A DNA stretch of 64,000 nucleotides from Rhodospirillales bacterium (lineage in GTDB: Bacteria > Pseudomonadota > Alphaproteobacteria > Acetobacterales > Acetobacteraceae). Positions 27,545-37,695 of this stretch are shown here, piece after piece (the first letter of the stretch is position 1; the number at the start of each line of letters is the position of its first letter). Location: positions 81,336 through 145,335 of the forward strand of contig JAGWQN010000093.1 in the NCBI GenBank assembly GCA_028869995.1. Reading direction: 5' to 3'. Under the pieces are notes generated by a model, which worked only from the letters and a program-made list of their open reading frames with translations, searched no databases and was not told where the DNA came from. A program made the position numbers and the translations under genes.

Positions 27545-28390
27545 CTAGCGCTGCAGCCGCGGACAATGGAACGTGCTACGGCCGCCCTGCACGATACGCC
27601 GCACGCCGCCGCAGACGGTCTGCGCGGTCTGCCGGTCCGGACATTCCGGACAGGGCTGGCCCTCGCGCCCATAAACCCGCCAGGCGTGGCTGAAATAGCC
27701 GAGCTCGCCGTCGGGCTGGCGATAGTCCCGCAGGCTCGACCCGCCTGCGGCGATCGCTTCCGCGAGCGTCTCGCGGATCGCCGGAACCAGCCGCGCCGCC
27801 CGCGCTCCGGCAACCGTCGCAGCACTGCGCCGCGGCGAAATGCGGGCCCGAAACAGGGCCTCGCTCACATAGATGTTGCCAAGCCCCGCAACGACCCGCT
27901 GGTCGAGCAGGGCCGCCTTGATCGGTGTGCGCCGGCCGGCCAGCGCCGACGACAGCCCGAGCTCCGAGAACTCATTGCTCAGCGGCTCGGGACCGAGGCC
28001 GGCAAGCAGCCGGTGCGCATCTTCGGCTTCCGTCGCCACAAGATCGAGCATCCCGAACCGGCGGGGATCGACGAAGCCGACGCGCCAGCCGTCGTCAGTC
28101 CATAGTACCAGATGCTCGTGCGCTGCAGCCGACGCGTCGCGACTGATACGCATGCGCCCCGACATGCCGAGATGAACGAGCACCGAGCGCCCGCCTGCCA
28201 GCCGCATCAGAATGTATTTCGCGCGTCGCCGGAAACCCTCCACGCGCGCGCCCCGCAGGGTGTCGGCGAGCTCCGTGGGCACGGGCCAGCGCAAATCGGT
28301 CCGTGCGAGGTCCGCCTGCACAATGCGCCGCCCCTCGAGCCGAAGCGCGAGCCCTCGCATGACCGTCTCGACCTCGGGGAGTTCCGGCAT
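27545..28390 (-). CDS. mutM: Formamidopyrimidine-DNA glycosylase (Fpg/MutM)
   Basis: [14 protein letters not shown] (catalytic Pro2/Glu3), an H2TH region, and a C-terminal zinc-finger region that is atypical (ends HCPRLQR). The ATG at 28388-28390 is used. Confidence 0.92.
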   Translation of the reverse strand: MPELPEVETVMRGLALRLEGRRIVQADLARTDLRWPVPTELADTLRGARVEGFRRRAKYILMRLAGGRSVLVHLGMSGRMRISRDASAAAHEHLVLWTDDGWRVGFVDPRRFGMLDLVATEAEDAHRLLAGLGPEPLSNEFSELGLSSALAGRRTPIKAALLDQRVVAGLGNIYVSEALFRARISPRRSAATVAGARAARLVPAIRETLAEAIAAGGSSLRDYRQPDGELGYFSHAWRVYGREGQPCPECPDRQTAQTVCGGVRRIVQGGRSTFHCPRLQR

Positions 28391-28418
28391 GGCGCCGAGC
28401 CTCGTATAGAGAGGGGCC

Positions 28419-29210
28419 ATGCAGGACAACCCCACACCTTCCGACAGCGAGCCGTCCGAGCCTTCGGGCAGCGCATCGGCCGAGACCGATTTCGGCTACC
28501 GGCGAGTCCCGCTGACCGATAAGGCCTCGATGGTCCGCGCCGTCTTCGAGAGCGTCGCGCCGCGCTACGACATCATGAACGACCTCATGTCGCTCGGCAT
28601 CCACCGCGCCTGGAAGCGTCGGCTGTTGACCCGCCTGGCGCCGTCGCCGCGACGGACCCTGCTCGATCTCGCGGGCGGCACCGGCGACATCACCTTTCTC
28701 TGGCGTGAGGCGGGCGGCGGACCGGCCATCCTGTCCGACATCAACCCGGCCATGCTCGAGGTCGCGCGCCACCGCGCCCTCGATCGCGGCCTCGTGCGCG
28801 ACATCGCGTATCTGGTCGCGGATGCCGAGCACCTGCCCCTCCCCGATGCGTCGCGGGACATCGTGACGATGGCCTTCGGCCTGCGCAACTGCACCGACAA
28901 GCAGGCGGTGCTGAACGAGGCCCATCGGGTGCTGCGCCGCGGCGGACGCTTCTTCTGCCTGGAATTCTCCCGCCTGCGCATCGCCGCCCTGCGCCCGCTT
29001 TACGACGCCTGGTCGTTCCGTGCCCTGCCCTGGATCGGTGCCCGCGTCGCGCACGACGCCGAAAGCTACGAATATCTCGCAGAAAGCATCCGCATGTTCC
29101 CCGACCAGGAGACGCTGGCCGCGATGCTGCACACCGCCGGCTTCGCCCGAATCGGCGTCGAGAACCTCACCGGCGGCATCGTCGCGATCCACAGCGGCTG
29201 GAAGCTTTGA
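28419..29210 (+). CDS. ubiE: Ubiquinone/menaquinone biosynthesis C-methyltransferase UbiE
   Basis: [32 protein letters not shown] motif [14 protein letters not shown]. 263 aa. Confidence 0.93.
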   Translation: MQDNPTPSDSEPSEPSGSASAETDFGYRRVPLTDKASMVRAVFESVAPRYDIMNDLMSLGIHRAWKRRLLTRLAPSPRRTLLDLAGGTGDITFLWREAGGGPAILSDINPAMLEVARHRALDRGLVRDIAYLVADAEHLPLPDASRDIVTMAFGLRNCTDKQAVLNEAHRVLRRGGRFFCLEFSRLRIAALRPLYDAWSFRALPWIGARVAHDAESYEYLAESIRMFPDQETLAAMLHTAGFARIGVENLTGGIVAIHSGWKL

Positions 29211-29220
29211 CACCCGAGCC

Positions 29221-30429
29221 ATGAACCTCGCTGGCAAACGCATCCTGCTGATCGTCGGCGGCGGCATCGCCGCCTACAAGGTGCTGGAGCTGATCCGGCT
29301 GCTGCGCAAGGCGCAGGCGAGCGTCAGTACCGTGCTGACAGCTGCGGCGCAGCATTTCGTGACCCCGCTCGCGGTCCAGGCCCTGACGGAATCGCGGGTC
29401 TACACGGATCTCTTCTCACTCACCGACGAGAACGAGATGGGCCACATCCAGCTCTCGCGCGCAGCCGACCTGCTGGTCGTCGCACCGGCGACGGCCAATC
29501 TCCTCGCACGCATGGCCGCGGGCCTCGCCGACGACCTGGCAACGACGGTGCTCCTCGCCACCGACAAGCCGGTTCTCGTCGCACCGGCGATGAACGTTCG
29601 CATGTGGCAGCACGCGGCGACGCAGACCAACGTCGCCCTGCTCGCCAGGCGTGGGGTTGCCTTCGTGGGTCCGGACGAGGGACCGATGGCCTGCAACGAG
29701 CATGGACCCGGCCGCCTTGCCGAGCCGCAGGCGATCCTCGAAGCGATCGCGGCGGCCTTGACCGCGCCGCGCCCGCTCGCCGGGCGGCATATTCTGGTGA
29801 CCAGCGGTCCGACGCACGAGCCGATCGACCCGGTGCGCTATATCGCCAACCGCAGCTCCGGTCGGCAGGGCCATGCCATCGCCGCCGCGCTGGCCCATCT
29901 CGGCGCCCGCGTGACCCTGGTGAGCGGCCCGGTCGCGATCCCGGATCCGGCGGGGGTGGCGGTCCGGCACGTCGAGACGGCGGAGCAGATGCTCGCCGCC
30001 TGCAGCGCCTCCCTTCCAGCCGACGCCGCGATCTGCGCCGCCGCTGTCGCCGACTGGCGCGTGACCGGCACGACGGCGGCCAAGATCAAGAAGGTGCCCG
30101 GAGCACCGCCGCCGGCCCTCGCGCTCACCACCAATCCCGACATCCTGGCGACGCTGGCGGCACCGGGACCGAGCCGGCCGCTGCTGGTCGTGGGCTTCGC
30201 GGCAGAGACTGAAAACCTCGATGCCAACGCGATCGCCAAGCGTGTCCGCAAGGGCTGCGACTGGATCGTCGGGAACGATGTCTCCGGCGATGTGATGGGC
30301 GGCGAGGCCAACGAGGTGCATCTTGTGACGGAGTCCGGCGTCCTGGCCTGGCCGCGGCTCCCCAAGGAAGAGGTCGCGCGCCGCCTCGCCATGCAGGTCG
30401 CCGATCATTTCGCAGGACGCGCCCGATGA
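29221..30429 (+). CDS. coaBC: Bifunctional phosphopantothenoylcysteine decarboxylase / phosphopantothenate--cysteine ligase
   Basis: [24 protein letters not shown] (flavoprotein half) and [25 protein letters not shown] (CoaB half). ATG at 29221. Confidence 0.94.
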   Translation: MNLAGKRILLIVGGGIAAYKVLELIRLLRKAQASVSTVLTAAAQHFVTPLAVQALTESRVYTDLFSLTDENEMGHIQLSRAADLLVVAPATANLLARMAAGLADDLATTVLLATDKPVLVAPAMNVRMWQHAATQTNVALLARRGVAFVGPDEGPMACNEHGPGRLAEPQAILEAIAAALTAPRPLAGRHILVTSGPTHEPIDPVRYIANRSSGRQGHAIAAALAHLGARVTLVSGPVAIPDPAGVAVRHVETAEQMLAACSASLPADAAICAAAVADWRVTGTTAAKIKKVPGAPPPALALTTNPDILATLAAPGPSRPLLVVGFAAETENLDANAIAKRVRKGCDWIVGNDVSGDVMGGEANEVHLVTESGVLAWPRLPKEEVARRLAMQVADHFAGRAR

Positions 30430-30872
30430 GCATTCGTGTCGCCGTGACGCGGCTGGCGCACGGGCGCGACCTGCCGCTGCCCTCCTACGCCACTCATGCC
30501 GCCGCCGGGCTCGATCTGCTCGCCGCGGTCGCCGAGCCGGTGACACTGGCACCGGGGGCCCGAACGCTCGTCCCCACCGGCCTCGCCATTGCCCTGCCCG
30601 CCGGCTACGAACTGCAGGTCCGGCCTCGCTCGGGGCTGGCGCTGCGCCACGGGATCATGCTGGCCAACAGTCCCGGCACGATCGACGAGGATTACCGGGG
30701 CGAAATCGGCGTCATCGTGATCAACGCGGGCTCCGAGGCCTTCACCATCACCCGCGGCATGCGCATCGCCCAGGCGGTGCTGGCGCCCGTCGTCCGCCTG
30801 GACTGGGATGAGGCGGAAACCCTCGGCACGACGGCGCGTGGCACCGGCGGGTTCGGCAGCACCGGCACCTGA
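30426..30872 (+). CDS. dut: dUTP diphosphatase
   Basis: [41 protein letters not shown]. The ATG overlaps the coaBC stop (ATGA). Confidence 0.95.
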   Translation: MSIRVAVTRLAHGRDLPLPSYATHAAAGLDLLAAVAEPVTLAPGARTLVPTGLAIALPAGYELQVRPRSGLALRHGIMLANSPGTIDEDYRGEIGVIVINAGSEAFTITRGMRIAQAVLAPVVRLDWDEAETLGTTARGTGGFGSTGT

Positions 30873-30988
30873 TGCGGCCGAGGGCCGGCAACAGGGCCCG
30901 ACACCAAAGCGACACAGAGCCGAAGGTGACAGGCGGACAGGCGGTGCGGTAAGGGGCGCGGACCGCAACCCGGCTCCCGGACGTCGCG

Positions 30989-32719
30989 ATGTCGAGCACC
31001 CTCACCCCGGCCGCGATGAACCATCGCCGGCTGCCGAACACCTGGGATCTCGCGGCCTTCGTCGCGGTGCTGGGGGTGCTTGCCGCGGTCGCGGCCGCGG
31101 CGCGCGGCACGGTGATGCCGATCGCGGCGCTCGGCGCCGGGACCATCCATCTCGATCCACGCTACCTGCCCGGCTACGCCCTGCGCACCACGATGCGGAT
31201 GTTCGCAGCCCTCGTCGCCTCGCTGCTGTTCACCTTCACCTATGCCACGTGGGCGGCGAAGAGCCGCCGCGCGGCGCGGGTGCTGATCCCGATCCTCGAT
31301 ATCCTGCAATCGGTGCCGATCCTTGGCTTCCTCTCGTTCACCGTGGCCTTTTTCCTGCGCCTCTTCCCCGGCAACGTTCTGGGCCTCGAACTGGCCGCGA
31401 TTTTCGCGATTTTCACCAGCCAGGCCTGGAACATGGCGTTCAGCTTCTACCAGGCGCTGACCACGCTGCCGGCCGACCTCGAGGAAGTCAGCCGCGGCTT
31501 CCGCCTCACTGGCTGGCAGCGTTTCTGGCGGCTCGAGGTCCCGTTCGCGATGCCGGGTCTGGTCTGGAACACGATGCTTTCGATGTCCGGCGGCTGGTTC
31601 TTCGTCGTGGCCTCGGAGGCGATCACCCTGGGCAACAAGACGTGGCAGTTGCCGGGTGTCGGCGCCTATGTCGCCAAGGCCCTCGAGCAGCGCAACATCG
31701 GTGCCGTGTTCTGGGCGATCGGAGCGATGCTGCTCGTCATCCTCGCCTATGATCAGTTGCTGTTCCGCCCGTTGGTCGCGTGGTCGGCGAAATTCCGTGT
31801 GGAAACGACGGCGGGTGCCACGGCCGAGGATCCCTGGATGCTGGCGATCCTGCGTCGCACGGCCCTGCTGCGCCGCGGCGGCGAGGAATTCGGCCATCTC
31901 GTGGGCTTCGTGACGGGCCTGCCGCTGCGCCTGCCGAGCCTGCGGCGGACATCGGAGCGCAGTCCCACATCGACGATGGCGGGCGACATCGTCTTCAGCA
32001 CCATCGTCGCCGCCATCGTCGCCTTTGCCGGCTGGCACACCGTCAGCTTCATCAGCCAGACATTGCATTGGTCCGATCTGGGCCAGGCGGTGATGCTGGG
32101 GGGCATCACCCTGATGCGTGTCGTCGTGCTGATCGCACTGGCCTCGCTGGTCTGGGTACCGGTCGGCATCTGGCTCGGCCTGCGTCCGGCCTGGGCCCGG
32201 CGCGTCCAGCCCATCGCGCAATTCCTCGCGGCCTTTCCCGCCAACCTCCTGTTTCCACCCTTCGTCGTCGTCATCGTCACGTTTCATCTCAACCCGGACA
32301 TCTTCCTCACGCCGCTGATGATCCTGGGCACGCAATGGTACATCCTGTTCAATGTCATTGCGGGCGCCGCGGCCTATCCGGGCGATCTGCAGGAGGTGGC
32401 AAGGAATTTCCGCGTCGGCGGCTTCCTCTGGTGGCGGCGCGTCATCTTTCCAGGAATATTTCCCTATTTCGTGACCGGCGCTCTGACCGCTTCGGGCGGC
32501 TCCTGGAATGCCGCGATCGTCTCCGAGGTCGCCTCCTGGGGCCACACCAGGCTCGTCGCGCACGGGCTTGGCGCCTATATCGCCCAGGCGACGGACGCCG
32601 GCGACTTCCACAAGATCGTACTCGGGGTGGTGGTCATGTCCGCCTTCGTCGTGACCTTCAACCGGCTGCTCTGGCGCCCGCTCTATCACTATGCGAGCCG
32701 ACGTTCGGTGCTGGGCTGA
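30989..32719 (+). CDS. ABC transporter permease, fused tandem (two BPD-type transmembrane domains), NitT/TauT-like
   Basis: An internal duplication is visible: DLEEVSRGFRLTGWQRFWRLEVPFAMPGL...SGGWFFVVASE matches DLQEVARNFRVGGFLWWRRVIFPGIFPYF...SGGSWNAAIVSE. 576 aa, highly hydrophobic. Confidence 0.88.
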   Translation: MSSTLTPAAMNHRRLPNTWDLAAFVAVLGVLAAVAAAARGTVMPIAALGAGTIHLDPRYLPGYALRTTMRMFAALVASLLFTFTYATWAAKSRRAARVLIPILDILQSVPILGFLSFTVAFFLRLFPGNVLGLELAAIFAIFTSQAWNMAFSFYQALTTLPADLEEVSRGFRLTGWQRFWRLEVPFAMPGLVWNTMLSMSGGWFFVVASEAITLGNKTWQLPGVGAYVAKALEQRNIGAVFWAIGAMLLVILAYDQLLFRPLVAWSAKFRVETTAGATAEDPWMLAILRRTALLRRGGEEFGHLVGFVTGLPLRLPSLRRTSERSPTSTMAGDIVFSTIVAAIVAFAGWHTVSFISQTLHWSDLGQAVMLGGITLMRVVVLIALASLVWVPVGIWLGLRPAWARRVQPIAQFLAAFPANLLFPPFVVVIVTFHLNPDIFLTPLMILGTQWYILFNVIAGAAAYPGDLQEVARNFRVGGFLWWRRVIFPGIFPYFVTGALTASGGSWNAAIVSEVASWGHTRLVAHGLGAYIAQATDAGDFHKIVLGVVVMSAFVVTFNRLLWRPLYHYASRRSVLG

Positions 32720-32747
32720 GGCGCAAGGCGGGACAGGAAGCAAAGCA

Positions 32748-34079
32748 ATGGACGCCACCACGGGTGACACGCTGATCGAGGTCCGCGGCTGCCGGCAATC
32801 CTACCACAAGGACACCAACGCCGACCTTCTCGTGCTCGATGATGTCGAACTGTCGCTGCGCGAGGGCGAAATCGTGGGGCTGCTCGGCCGCTCGGGCTCG
32901 GGCAAGTCCACGCTGCTGCGCATCATCGCAGGGCTGCTGCGGCCGACCGCGGGGGAGGTGAACTGGCGCGGCCAGCCGCTCACCGGACCGGTGCCTGGCA
33001 TTGCCATGGTGTTCCAAAGCTTCGCGCTCTTTCCGTGGCTGACGGTGGCCGAGAATGTCGAACTGGGGTTGGAAGCGCAGGGCGTCGCGCGGGCGGAGCG
33101 CGAGAAGCGCGCCGAGGAGGCGATCGACCTGATCGGTCTGGGCGGCTACGAGAGCGCCTACCCCAAGGAGCTGTCCGGGGGGATGCGCCAGCGCGTCGGC
33201 CTCGCTCGCGCCCTCGTCGTGCATCCCGACCTGCTGCTGATGGATGAGCCGTTCTCCGCGCTGGACGTCCTGACGGCGGAAACTTTGCGCACCGACCTCA
33301 TCGATCTTTGGTCGGAACGCAGGCTGCCGCTCAAGTCCATCCTCATGGTGACGCACAATATCGAGGAAGCGGTGCTGCTGTGCGACCGCATCCTCGTCTT
33401 CTCGTCCAATCCCGGCCGTGTCGCGCACGAGTTGCGGGTACCCTTTTCGCACCCGCGCAACCGCCTCGACCCGGCTTTCCGCCAGATGGTGGACGATATC
33501 TACGCGGTGATGACGCGCCGCGCCCCGAGCCTCGCCTCCCCGGGCACCATCGCCGCGCCGCCGCCCGAGGTCACCACCACCACGAAGCTGCACGCGGTCT
33601 CGACCAACGTGCTGGCCGGGCTGATGGAAACGGTGGCAGCGCCCCCCTATGACGGGCGCGCCGACCTGCCCGCGCTCGCCGCCGCACTGCAGCTCGAAGC
33701 AGACGAACTGCTGCCGTTCGGGGAAACGCTGCAGCTGCTGCATTTTGCGGAGTTCGAAGAAGGGGACCTGCGGCTGACCGAAGAAGGGCGTGTCTTCGTC
33801 CAGGCCGACACGGACGACCGCAAGCAGCACTTCGCCACGGCGCTGCGCCAATACGTGCCCCTTGCCGCGGCCATCCGCCGCACCCTTGACGAACGTTGGA
33901 ACCACCGCGCGTCCTCCGTTCGTTTCCTCGACGAGCTCGAGGACCACATGAGCCCGGAATACGCGGAGGAGACGCTCCACGCGGTGATCTCGTGGGGCCG
34001 GTACGCGGAGCTCTATGCGTATGACGAGGAGGCGGCCCAGTTCTTCCTCGAGGCCGACGCGGTCGATGCCTCCGGTTGA
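32748..34079 (+). CDS. ABC transporter ATP-binding protein (NitT/TauT-like) with a C-terminal extension of about 180 aa (AAA-associated-type domain)
   Basis: Walker A GRSGSGKST, signature LSGGMRQRV, Walker B LLLMDEPFSALD. The extra C-terminal region (..LAGLMETVAAPPYDGRADLPALAAALQLEADELLPFGETLQLL..) resembles the C-terminal AAA-associated domain seen on this ATPase subfamily. Confidence 0.88.
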   Translation: MDATTGDTLIEVRGCRQSYHKDTNADLLVLDDVELSLREGEIVGLLGRSGSGKSTLLRIIAGLLRPTAGEVNWRGQPLTGPVPGIAMVFQSFALFPWLTVAENVELGLEAQGVARAEREKRAEEAIDLIGLGGYESAYPKELSGGMRQRVGLARALVVHPDLLLMDEPFSALDVLTAETLRTDLIDLWSERRLPLKSILMVTHNIEEAVLLCDRILVFSSNPGRVAHELRVPFSHPRNRLDPAFRQMVDDIYAVMTRRAPSLASPGTIAAPPPEVTTTTKLHAVSTNVLAGLMETVAAPPYDGRADLPALAAALQLEADELLPFGETLQLLHFAEFEEGDLRLTEEGRVFVQADTDDRKQHFATALRQYVPLAAAIRRTLDERWNHRASSVRFLDELEDHMSPEYAEETLHAVISWGRYAELYAYDEEAAQFFLEADAVDASG

Positions 34080-34184
34080 GCGCCATAGGGCTCGGCCGCC
34101 CCGCGGATTTACCCGCCCCGGGCCCTTTCGGCGGCCTGGAGTTGTGCTAGTTAGCGAGGAATAACGCCTCTGGGAGAACCTGAC

Positions 34185-35783
34185 ATGCTGACCCGTCGTT
34201 CCGTCCTGGCCGCTTCGGCCGCATCCCCCGTGCTCGCCTCTCTCGGCGCCGAGGACGCCCTGGCAGCGACGCCGAAAAACATCGTGGTGATGGGCAAGAC
34301 GATCGACGACATCGTCGCCTTCGACCCGGCGCAGAGCTATGAGTTCAGCGACAACGAGATCGACGGCAACTGCTACAACAAGCTGGTCACGCCCGACCTG
34401 ACGACCGGAACCACGGTGGTCGGCGACGCCGCTGAGTCCTGGACCGTTTCCCCTGATGGACGGACCATCACCTTCAAGATCCGGCCGGGTATCAAATTTG
34501 CATCCGGCAATGCACTCACCGCGCATGATGCGGCGTTCTCGCTGCAGCGCGTCGTCAAGCTCAACTTGACGCCCGGCTTCATCATCACCCAGTTCGGCTA
34601 CACCAAGGACAACGTCGAGAAGCTGATCACGACGCCGGACGCGATGACGCTCAAGCTGGAGCTGCCGAAGCAGGTGGCGACCAGCTTCGTGCTGTTCTGC
34701 CTCTCCGCCAATGTGGGTTGCATCGTCGACCGTGCCACGGTGATGTCGCACCAGAAGAACGGCGACCTCGGCAATGACTGGCTCAAGACCCACACCGCCG
34801 GCAGCGGCCCCTACCAGCTCATCTCCTGGGTCGCCTCGGAGCACGTGATCCTGGAGGCCAACCCGCATTCGGCGTTGAAGGCCGGCGTGCCCCGTATCGT
34901 CATCCAGCACATCCCCGAGCCCGCCTCGCAGCTTCTGCAGCTCGAGAAGGGCAGCATCGACATCGCTCGCGACCTTCTGTCCGACAACCTCAAGCAACTC
35001 GCCGGCAAGACGGAATACACCGTGCTAAAGTCCGGCCAGGCGACGTCCGTCTATATCGGCATGAACATGGGCAAACCGCACCTGGACAAGACAGAGGTGC
35101 ACCAGGCGATCAAGTGGGCGATCGACTATGAAGGGATCGCGAAGAACATCGTGCCTGGAACGTATGAGATCGCCCAGAACTTCCTGCCTGCGGGCCTGCC
35201 TGGCGCGCTCACCGACATGCCGTTCAAGCGCGACGTCGCCAAGGCGAAGCAGTTGCTGGCGCAGGCCGGCTATGCCAAGGGCTTCAGCGTGACCATGGAT
35301 CACATCGCCGCCGCGCCTTACAACGATATCGCCCAGGCGGTGCAGGCCAATCTCAAGGAGATCGGCATCACGGTGAAGCTGCTGCCGGCGCAGGCCAAGC
35401 AGGTCTTCACCAAGATGCGCGCGCGCCAGCACGAGCTGATCATGTCGGTCTGGGGGTCAGACTACTTCGATCCGAACTCGAACGCCCAGGCCTTCTGCGC
35501 CGATCCCGACGACTCCGACAAATCCACGCTCAAGATTCTCGCGTGGCGCTGCCACTTCCACAATGTGGCACTGACCAAGATGGTCGAGGATGCGGTCAAG
35601 GAGCTCGACGACAAGAAGCGCATCGCGATGTATGAAGATATGCAGCGTCAGTTCCGCCAGATCGCGCCGTTCGCGATGATGCTGCAGCAGAACGTCGTTG
35701 CCGTGCTTGGCAAAGGCGTCTCCGGCCTGAAGGTCGGTCCGATGCCCGACTACACCAAGTATGCGGATATCCGTAAGGCGTGA
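34185..35783 (+). CDS. ABC transporter substrate-binding protein, family 5 (peptide/nickel type)
   Basis: Signal-like N-terminus MLTRRSVLAASAASPVLASLGAEDALA. The family-5 fold pattern continues (WTVSPDGRTITFKIRPGIKFASGNALTAHD). 532 aa. Confidence 0.9.
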   Translation: MLTRRSVLAASAASPVLASLGAEDALAATPKNIVVMGKTIDDIVAFDPAQSYEFSDNEIDGNCYNKLVTPDLTTGTTVVGDAAESWTVSPDGRTITFKIRPGIKFASGNALTAHDAAFSLQRVVKLNLTPGFIITQFGYTKDNVEKLITTPDAMTLKLELPKQVATSFVLFCLSANVGCIVDRATVMSHQKNGDLGNDWLKTHTAGSGPYQLISWVASEHVILEANPHSALKAGVPRIVIQHIPEPASQLLQLEKGSIDIARDLLSDNLKQLAGKTEYTVLKSGQATSVYIGMNMGKPHLDKTEVHQAIKWAIDYEGIAKNIVPGTYEIAQNFLPAGLPGALTDMPFKRDVAKAKQLLAQAGYAKGFSVTMDHIAAAPYNDIAQAVQANLKEIGITVKLLPAQAKQVFTKMRARQHELIMSVWGSDYFDPNSNAQAFCADPDDSDKSTLKILAWRCHFHNVALTKMVEDAVKELDDKKRIAMYEDMQRQFRQIAPFAMMLQQNVVAVLGKGVSGLKVGPMPDYTKYADIRKA

Positions 35784-36793
35784 ACGGCAGGCTTCGGACG
35801 CTGGCGGCAACAGCCGCCAGCGTCCTCATCACTATTTTCGGACTGACCGTCGTCACCTTCTTCATCGGTCGGGTGATGCCGATCGACCCGATCGTGGCCA
35901 TCCTCGGCGATCACGCGCCGCCGGACGTGGTCGCGCGCGTGCGCATCGAACTCGGGCTGAATCAGCCGCTCTGGTACCAGTACTGGATTTTCTTCCGTAA
36001 CCTGATCCATCTCGACCTCGGCCGGTCGGTGATGACGACGCATCCGGTGCTTCAGGACATCGGGCGCTACTTCCCCGCGACCTTCGAGCTGGCGACCGCG
36101 GCCATGATTGTCGCGACCCTGATCGGCGTGCCGCTCGGCGTCCTTGCGGCCGTCCGCCAGGGAACGCGCACGGATCACATCGTGCGCATCGTCAGCCTCG
36201 CCGGCTCCTCCATCCCGGTCTTCATGCTGGCCATGCTGTCGCTGGTCGTGTTCTACGCCGCTCTCGGCTGGCTGCCGGGCACCGGGCAGGTGAGCGTCGT
36301 CTATGACGGCATCGTGCCGCGCATCACCGGCATGCTGGTGATCGACGCCGCGATCACCAGCCACTGGAACACCTTCTACAACGCCCTGCTGCATCTCGTG
36401 CAGCCGGCGCTCGTGCTGGCCTATTTCTCGATGGCCTATATCACCCGCATGACGCGCGGCTTCATGCTGGACGCTTTGCGCGGGGAATACATCACCACGG
36501 CGCGGGCCAAGGGGCTGTCGGCCTCCACCATCATCTGGCGCCACGCCTTCGGCAATATCTGGGTCCAGCTGATCACGGTCCTCGCCCTAACCTATGCCGG
36601 GCTGCTCGAGGGGGCGGTGGTGACGGAGACGGTGTTCTCGTGGCCCGGTCTCGGCCAGTACCTCACCAACTCGCTGCTCAACGCCGACATGAACGCGGTG
36701 CTGGGAGCGACCATGGTCATCGGCATCATCTACGTCTTCCTCAACCTCCTCGCCGATGTTCTGTACCGGATGATGGATCCGCGGGTCCGATGA
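35780..36793 (+). CDS. ABC transporter permease (DppB/OppB-like)
   Basis: GTG start overlaps the upstream stop (GTGA). ITIFGLTVVTFFIGRVMPIDP and the EAA-loop region YITTARAKGLS. Confidence 0.9.
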   Translation: MNGRLRTLAATAASVLITIFGLTVVTFFIGRVMPIDPIVAILGDHAPPDVVARVRIELGLNQPLWYQYWIFFRNLIHLDLGRSVMTTHPVLQDIGRYFPATFELATAAMIVATLIGVPLGVLAAVRQGTRTDHIVRIVSLAGSSIPVFMLAMLSLVVFYAALGWLPGTGQVSVVYDGIVPRITGMLVIDAAITSHWNTFYNALLHLVQPALVLAYFSMAYITRMTRGFMLDALRGEYITTARAKGLSASTIIWRHAFGNIWVQLITVLALTYAGLLEGAVVTETVFSWPGLGQYLTNSLLNADMNAVLGATMVIGIIYVFLNLLADVLYRMMDPRVR

Positions 36794-37695
36794 GCGACAC
36801 GTCTCTGCGTGCCTGGCTGCTGTCCGACACCCCGACCTCACGCCGACAGGCTGGCTGGGGGCGCCTCTACCGGCTGTGGTGCGACCTGCGCACCAACCCG
36901 CTGGCCATGGCCGGGCTCATCACGATCATCTTGCTGATCGTGGCCGCGCTGGCCGCGCCCCTGCTCGCCGCCTACAGCCCGGACGCGCAGGACCTCTCCA
37001 ACCACCTGGCAGCGCCGAACGCCGCGCACTGGCTCGGCACCGACGAGCTCGGCCGCGATATCCTCGCGCGCCTGCTTTGGGGCGGACGGATCACGCTGGG
37101 GATGGTCGTTGCCGTCGTCGTACTGGTGGCTCCCGTGGGCCTCGTCGTCGGCTGCGCGGCAGGCTACATCGGCGGCCTGCCGGACCGCATTCTGATGCGC
37201 GTGACCGACGTCTTCCTCGCCTTCCCGCGGCTCATTCTCGCCCTGGCCTTCGTGGCGGCGATCACGCCGGGCATCACCAGCGCCATCATTGCCATCGCGC
37301 TCACCGCCTGGCCGCCCTATGCGCGCATCGCGCGGGCCGAGACCCTGGCCATCCGCAACTCCGACTTCATCGCCGCGACCCGCCTAGCCGGCGCCTCGCG
37401 CACCCGCATCATCCTGGTCCACATCATACCCCTGAGCCTCGGCAGCCTGATCGTGCGCGTCAGCCTCGACATGAGCTCGATCATCCTCACCGCCGCAGCA
37501 CTCGGCTTCCTCGGTATGGGGGCGCAGCCGCCCTCGCCCGAATGGGGTGCGATGGTCGCCTCCGCCCGGCGGTTCATCGTCAATGCCTGGTGGGTGCCGA
37601 TGATGCCGGCGATCGCGATCTTTGTTGCCTCGCTGGCTTTCAACCTGCTGGGCGACGGGCTGCGCGACGTCCTCGATCCGAAGCAACGCTCATGA
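36790..37695 (+). CDS. ABC transporter permease (DppC/OppC-like)
   Basis: ATG overlaps the upstream stop (ATGA at 36790-36793). HWLGTDELGRDILARLLWGGRITL and SDFIAATRLAGAS. Confidence 0.9.
   Translation: MSDTSLRAWLLSDTPTSRRQAGWGRLYRLWCDLRTNPLAMAGLITIILLIVAALAAPLLAAYSPDAQDLSNHLAAPNAAHWLGTDELGRDILARLLWGGRITLGMVVAVVVLVAPVGLVVGCAAGYIGGLPDRILMRVTDVFLAFPRLILALAFVAAITPGITSAIIAIALTAWPPYARIARAETLAIRNSDFIAATRLAGASRTRIILVHIIPLSLGSLIVRVSLDMSSIILTAAALGFLGMGAQPPSPEWGAMVASARRFIVNAWWVPMMPAIAIFVASLAFNLLGDGLRDVLDPKQRS

Noticed and set aside
30692-34997. Minus-strand ORFs 30692-32770 (692 aa) and 32658-34997 (779 aa)
   Set aside because: They lie antisense to the ABC permease, ATPase and binding-protein genes and cross intergenic regions. 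They are shadow ORFs.
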